64,000 nucleotides of DNA from an uncultured delta proteobacterium (GTDB lineage: Bacteria; Myxococcota_A; Polyangia; Polyangiales; Polyangiaceae): contig CAWDXG010000004.1 in the NCBI GenBank assembly GCA_963806225.1, positions 1,248,001-1,312,000 on the forward strand, read 5' to 3'. The notes beneath the pieces are model-generated. The model saw only the letters and a program-made list of their open reading frames with translations, ran no database searches and was not told where the DNA came from. A program made the translations under genes and the position numbers. Positions within the stretch are counted from its first letter, which is position 1; each line of letters begins with the position of its first letter. This document shows, piece by piece, positions 60,783 through 64,000 of this stretch.

Positions 60783-63221
60783 ATGAGCGACGCCATCGCG
60801 GCCTATGCGGATGCGAGCGGGCTGGGACAGCCCGAGCGGCGGATTGCACTCAAGGGCCAGCTCGAGCTGCCCGACGGCTCGAAGGCCGACGCCGAGCTGT
60901 GGCGCACGACGCGGGGGCTCGTGCTCCTGGCGGCGAAGAGCGCATCCGAGGGGCGCAGCGTCGCGCTGCTCGAGGGCGACGCCCTGCACTACGTGCCCGG
61001 GCGTTTCTCGGACAGCGTGGAGGTCGACGGTGCCGCGCTCGGTGTGCCGACCGGCAGGGGCGCCGAGGTGCAGAAGCTGATCGCGCGCGAGCGGCTGTGC
61101 CGCGGCGTCGTTCCGCGGGAGGTGGACCGCGCGCACCACATCGAGCCGCCCGACGAGATCGAGCGCGGTTTCCTGAATGACTTCCTGGAATCGGGCGAGA
61201 TCCTGATCGCGTGGCTGCACGGATCGTCGCGCCTTCCGGTGCGTTCGAGCATCCTGACGGAGAGCGACGGGGAGGTACGCTTCCTGCTCACTGAACGACG
61301 GGCGGCGCTGGTGGCGCTGAACACGGTGGGCGACGTGCGCGTGGAGCCGCTCGAAGGCCAGGCACTGCGCAGCGACGCGGGCAGCGGCCTGATGCGCGCC
61401 GGCGAGCACTCGTGGAAGGCGGGGCGGAGCAGCGCGAAACGGCTCGCCGAGCTGGCGGCGCTGCCGCCGCTCGAGGCCAGCGAGCGCCTGCGCGAAGCGG
61501 CACGCCTGAACTGGCTGGCGCGGAGCGACGACAAGTCCGCTCTGCCGGCGGCGCGGCGCTTTCTCGACGCCGCGTCGAAAGGCGGCGACACGCTGGCGGC
61601 GTTCGCCGCCTTCATGGTCGGCGAGGAGCTGGAAGAAACGCACGTGACACGCCCCGACCTTCCCTCCGCCGTGCAAGCGATCGAGGGACAACCCCGCGGC
61701 GTTCTTGCACAGCTGTACGAGAGCTGGTCGATGTCGGTCGCGGCGGGCGACGCGCTCGTCCGGGATCTTCGCGAGCAGGGCGACGCCGCCGAGCCGTGGG
61801 CGCTCGCGCTGCACATCGCGGTGCACGCCAGCGCCCAGGAGCGGCAGCGGGATCCGATCGAAGGTGCGCTCGGCGACATCGCGCTGGCCGAGCACCTGCT
61901 CTTGCGGTCGGAGCGCGAGCGGGCGCGCGATCTGCTCGAAGCGCGCTTGAGCGCACTGCCCAGTGAAGCGCTGGAGGATCTGCTGCCCCCACGCGATGCG
62001 GATCTGACGGCGGGCGCGGGTGGCCAGGCGCTGCGCATCCGCATCTACGAGCTGCTCGCGGAGGCGCGTGGCCGCGATCGTGACAATCCCGACGTGCGCG
62101 CGCTGGCGGAGCTGGCACGGCTGCAGCCGCTGGTCGTCGAACGCGTGCAGGCGCTGGCCGATCGCGCCGAGGGCGAGCTCGAGTCCCGCGCGCGCCGCGT
62201 GCTCGCCGTGCTCGGACCAGGCGGGCTTGCACCCGACGCGGTGCCGCCGGGCGAGCCCGGGGTGGTGCACGCGCTGGCCGACGAGCAGCTCTGGGGCGCA
62301 TTGCGCCATCCGCTGGTGCGCGAGGGCGGCGCGTTGCTCGGACGACTGCAGACCCTGCTGGCGGCCGTTCCCCTGCCCGACGCCACGGTCATCCGCGACT
62401 ACTGCGAGCGGCTGTCGACGGCGCGCCATCGCGAAACGACGGATGCGCTCGAGCACGCCGCCCGCGCGCTCGACGATGCCGCGCGACTGCTCGGGGTGGC
62501 CGATGTGGTGGCGTACGTGTCGCGCGGCGACAAGGGCGTGGGCATGCGCGGCTACGAGGCCAAGCCGCCCTTCGTGCTGATCGGCGGGCGGCACATCGAA
62601 CCGGACAGCGAGTTCCGCATGCGACCGCGCGAGCTTTCGTTCGCGATCGGCACCGAGGTGGCGCACCTGCGCTACGGGCACAGCCGGGTGACTTCCAGCG
62701 ACGTGTGGGCGGGCGCACTGGAGAAGAGCAAACAGGGGCTGGACCTGGCGCTGGGCGTACTGCCCATGCTGCGCAGCTGGCGGCTCGCCGATCGCATGAG
62801 CCGGCTGGCGTCGCGCGTGCCACAGAGCACGCTGAAGCGAGTAGTGGGCGGCGCTGCAGCCGTCAGCGATCGGGTGCGGCGCGTGGTCGACCCGGCGCGG
62901 CAGAGCGACGACATCTCGGCGCTGAACGAGGATCTGGTCGCGGCCCATCGCGTGATGCAGCTCACCGCGGATCGCGCCGGCCTGCTTCTCGCTGGGAACG
63001 TCAGCGCAGCGCTGCGCGCCATGCTGCTGGTCCGGCGCGACTACCGGCGCGAGCTTTCCCAGGTGGAGCAGAAAGGCATCGAACCGATCCTGGCGCGGCG
63101 GGACGAGGAGGGCGAGATCGCCTACCAGGATCTCGCGGTGAGGGTTGCGGCGCTGCTTTCCTTCTATCTGTCCGACGACTACGCTCGACTCCAGAGCAGT
63201 CTGGCAGAGCACACAGCGTAG
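60783..63221 (+). CDS. Large helical protein with degenerate M48 peptidase-like C-terminal domain
   Basis: ELSFAIGTEVAHLRYGH and LTADRAGLL resemble M48 motifs with ligand changes. Confidence 0.65.
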   Translation: MSDAIAAYADASGLGQPERRIALKGQLELPDGSKADAELWRTTRGLVLLAAKSASEGRSVALLEGDALHYVPGRFSDSVEVDGAALGVPTGRGAEVQKLIARERLCRGVVPREVDRAHHIEPPDEIERGFLNDFLESGEILIAWLHGSSRLPVRSSILTESDGEVRFLLTERRAALVALNTVGDVRVEPLEGQALRSDAGSGLMRAGEHSWKAGRSSAKRLAELAALPPLEASERLREAARLNWLARSDDKSALPAARRFLDAASKGGDTLAAFAAFMVGEELEETHVTRPDLPSAVQAIEGQPRGVLAQLYESWSMSVAAGDALVRDLREQGDAAEPWALALHIAVHASAQERQRDPIEGALGDIALAEHLLLRSERERARDLLEARLSALPSEALEDLLPPRDADLTAGAGGQALRIRIYELLAEARGRDRDNPDVRALAELARLQPLVVERVQALADRAEGELESRARRVLAVLGPGGLAPDAVPPGEPGVVHALADEQLWGALRHPLVREGGALLGRLQTLLAAVPLPDATVIRDYCERLSTARHRETTDALEHAARALDDAARLLGVADVVAYVSRGDKGVGMRGYEAKPPFVLIGGRHIEPDSEFRMRPRELSFAIGTEVAHLRYGHSRVTSSDVWAGALEKSKQGLDLALGVLPMLRSWRLADRMSRLASRVPQSTLKRVVGGAAAVSDRVRRVVDPARQSDDISALNEDLVAAHRVMQLTADRAGLLLAGNVSAALRAMLLVRRDYRRELSQVEQKGIEPILARRDEEGEIAYQDLAVRVAALLSFYLSDDYARLQSSLAEHTA

Positions 63222-63256
63222 CAAAATGTCACATATGCGTGACATTTTGCTACGCT
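63215..63256. repeat. Perfect 18-bp inverted repeat with 6-nt spacer
   Basis: AGCGTAGCAAAATGTCAC-atatgc-GTGACATTTTGCTACGCT. Confidence 0.95.
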
Positions 63257-63284
63257 TCAGCCGGAAAGCGCGGGGGGAGCGACG

Positions 63285-63527
63285 CTGGCGGACGAGAAGG
63301 CGGAATCCGGCGCGGCGTCGCCGGCGGCCGGCAGCGCAGCATCGACCGCTGGCGATGATCTGCTCGCTGTGCTGCGCGAGATCCTCGCCACGTAGCGGCA
63401 GGCGTCGGAGCGTCAGGCGCGCTTCCTGTGGCTGTTGATCCCGATCTTCGCGCTTCTGTGTGTCCAGGTCGTGCTGCTGCTGGTCCGCCAGCACGCTCGA
63501 GTTGCAGCAGCGAGTCCGGACACATAG
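63285..63527 (+). pseudogene. Small single-TM protein gene interrupted by an in-frame TAG at 63393
   Basis: GGGGGGAG RBS-like site; frame reads ..DDLLAVLREILAT*RQASERQARFLWLLIPIFALLCVQVVLLLVRQ.. Confidence 0.45.
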
Positions 63528-63571
63528 CGCGCTGTCTTGACGTAGTGGCGCCGCGTCCGTATGCCGCCGGA

Positions 63572-64000
63572 ATGCCGTCTCCGCGCGAAAAGGCCGAGTT
63601 GCTCGAGAGGCTTGCGGAGCGGCCTGACCTGACCGCCGCGGAGCGCGCGGTGCTGCGCGAAGCCGCAGGGCTGTTCGGGTTCGAGACGCCGCATGAAATG
63701 AGCCGCGAGGCTCCGACAGCGCCGAGGAAGAAGCACGCGACGACGAAGGATGGCACGGCCATCCTGTGGAGCGACGGGGCCGCACGCGGCAACCCGGGTC
63801 CGGCGGGTATCGGCGCCATCCTCAAGACACCGGACGGCGACGTCATCGCCGAGGTCAGCGACTTCCTCGGTCACACCACGAACAACGTCGCCGAGTACCG
63901 CGCGCTGCTCGCGGGGCTGGAGCGCGCCATCGAGGTCGGCATCCAGCGCATCGAGGTGCGCGCCGACTCGGAGCTGATGATCAAGCAGCTCAAGGGACAG
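63572..64000 (+). CDS. rnhA: Ribonuclease HI family protein (3' truncated by window)
   Basis: Manual translation: WSDGAARGNPGPAGIG, TNNVAEYRAL, RADSELMIKQ. Confidence 0.9.
   Translation, partial: MPSPREKAELLERLAERPDLTAAERAVLREAAGLFGFETPHEMSREAPTAPRKKHATTKDGTAILWSDGAARGNPGPAGIGAILKTPDGDVIAEVSDFLGHTTNNVAEYRALLAGLERAIEVGIQRIEVRADSELMIKQLKGQ

Noticed and set aside
60762..63785. Long antisense and alternate-frame ORFs (1007 aa here; also 27613-30096 and 15998-17380)
   Set aside because: Shadow ORFs typical of high-GC DNA, opposite well-supported genes and without recognisable motifs

Overview
High-GC bacterial chromosome segment. Gene content and the many Gly/Cys-rich lipoproteins suggest a Polyangiaceae-like myxobacterium (inference). 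Housekeeping blocks are rsmA, atpD-atpC, dnaG-rpoD, tRNA-Gly, relA/spoT, hemW, dprA-topA-trmFO, murB, alaS, mscS, a parvulin and rnhA. Several of these carry reading-frame breaks that look like long-read indel errors. An accessory stretch at about 11.5-35 kb holds a sigma54-promoter sqr-DUF1641-tusE-dsrE2 sulfur operon with a divergent Cys-rich PAS activator, an ArsR-rhodanese/Trx-Grx/orphan GroES operon, Cys-rich lipoproteins with a matching receptor kinase, and a globin-coupled histidine kinase. At 47-52 kb a co-oriented cluster has a macro domain protein, a HARE-HTH/degenerate Mrr protein, a lipoprotein and a metal-ligand-deficient ureohydrolase with a histone-like tail. No CRISPR array, transposase, integrase or prophage was seen. 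All family calls come from motif recognition by eye, not from database searches.
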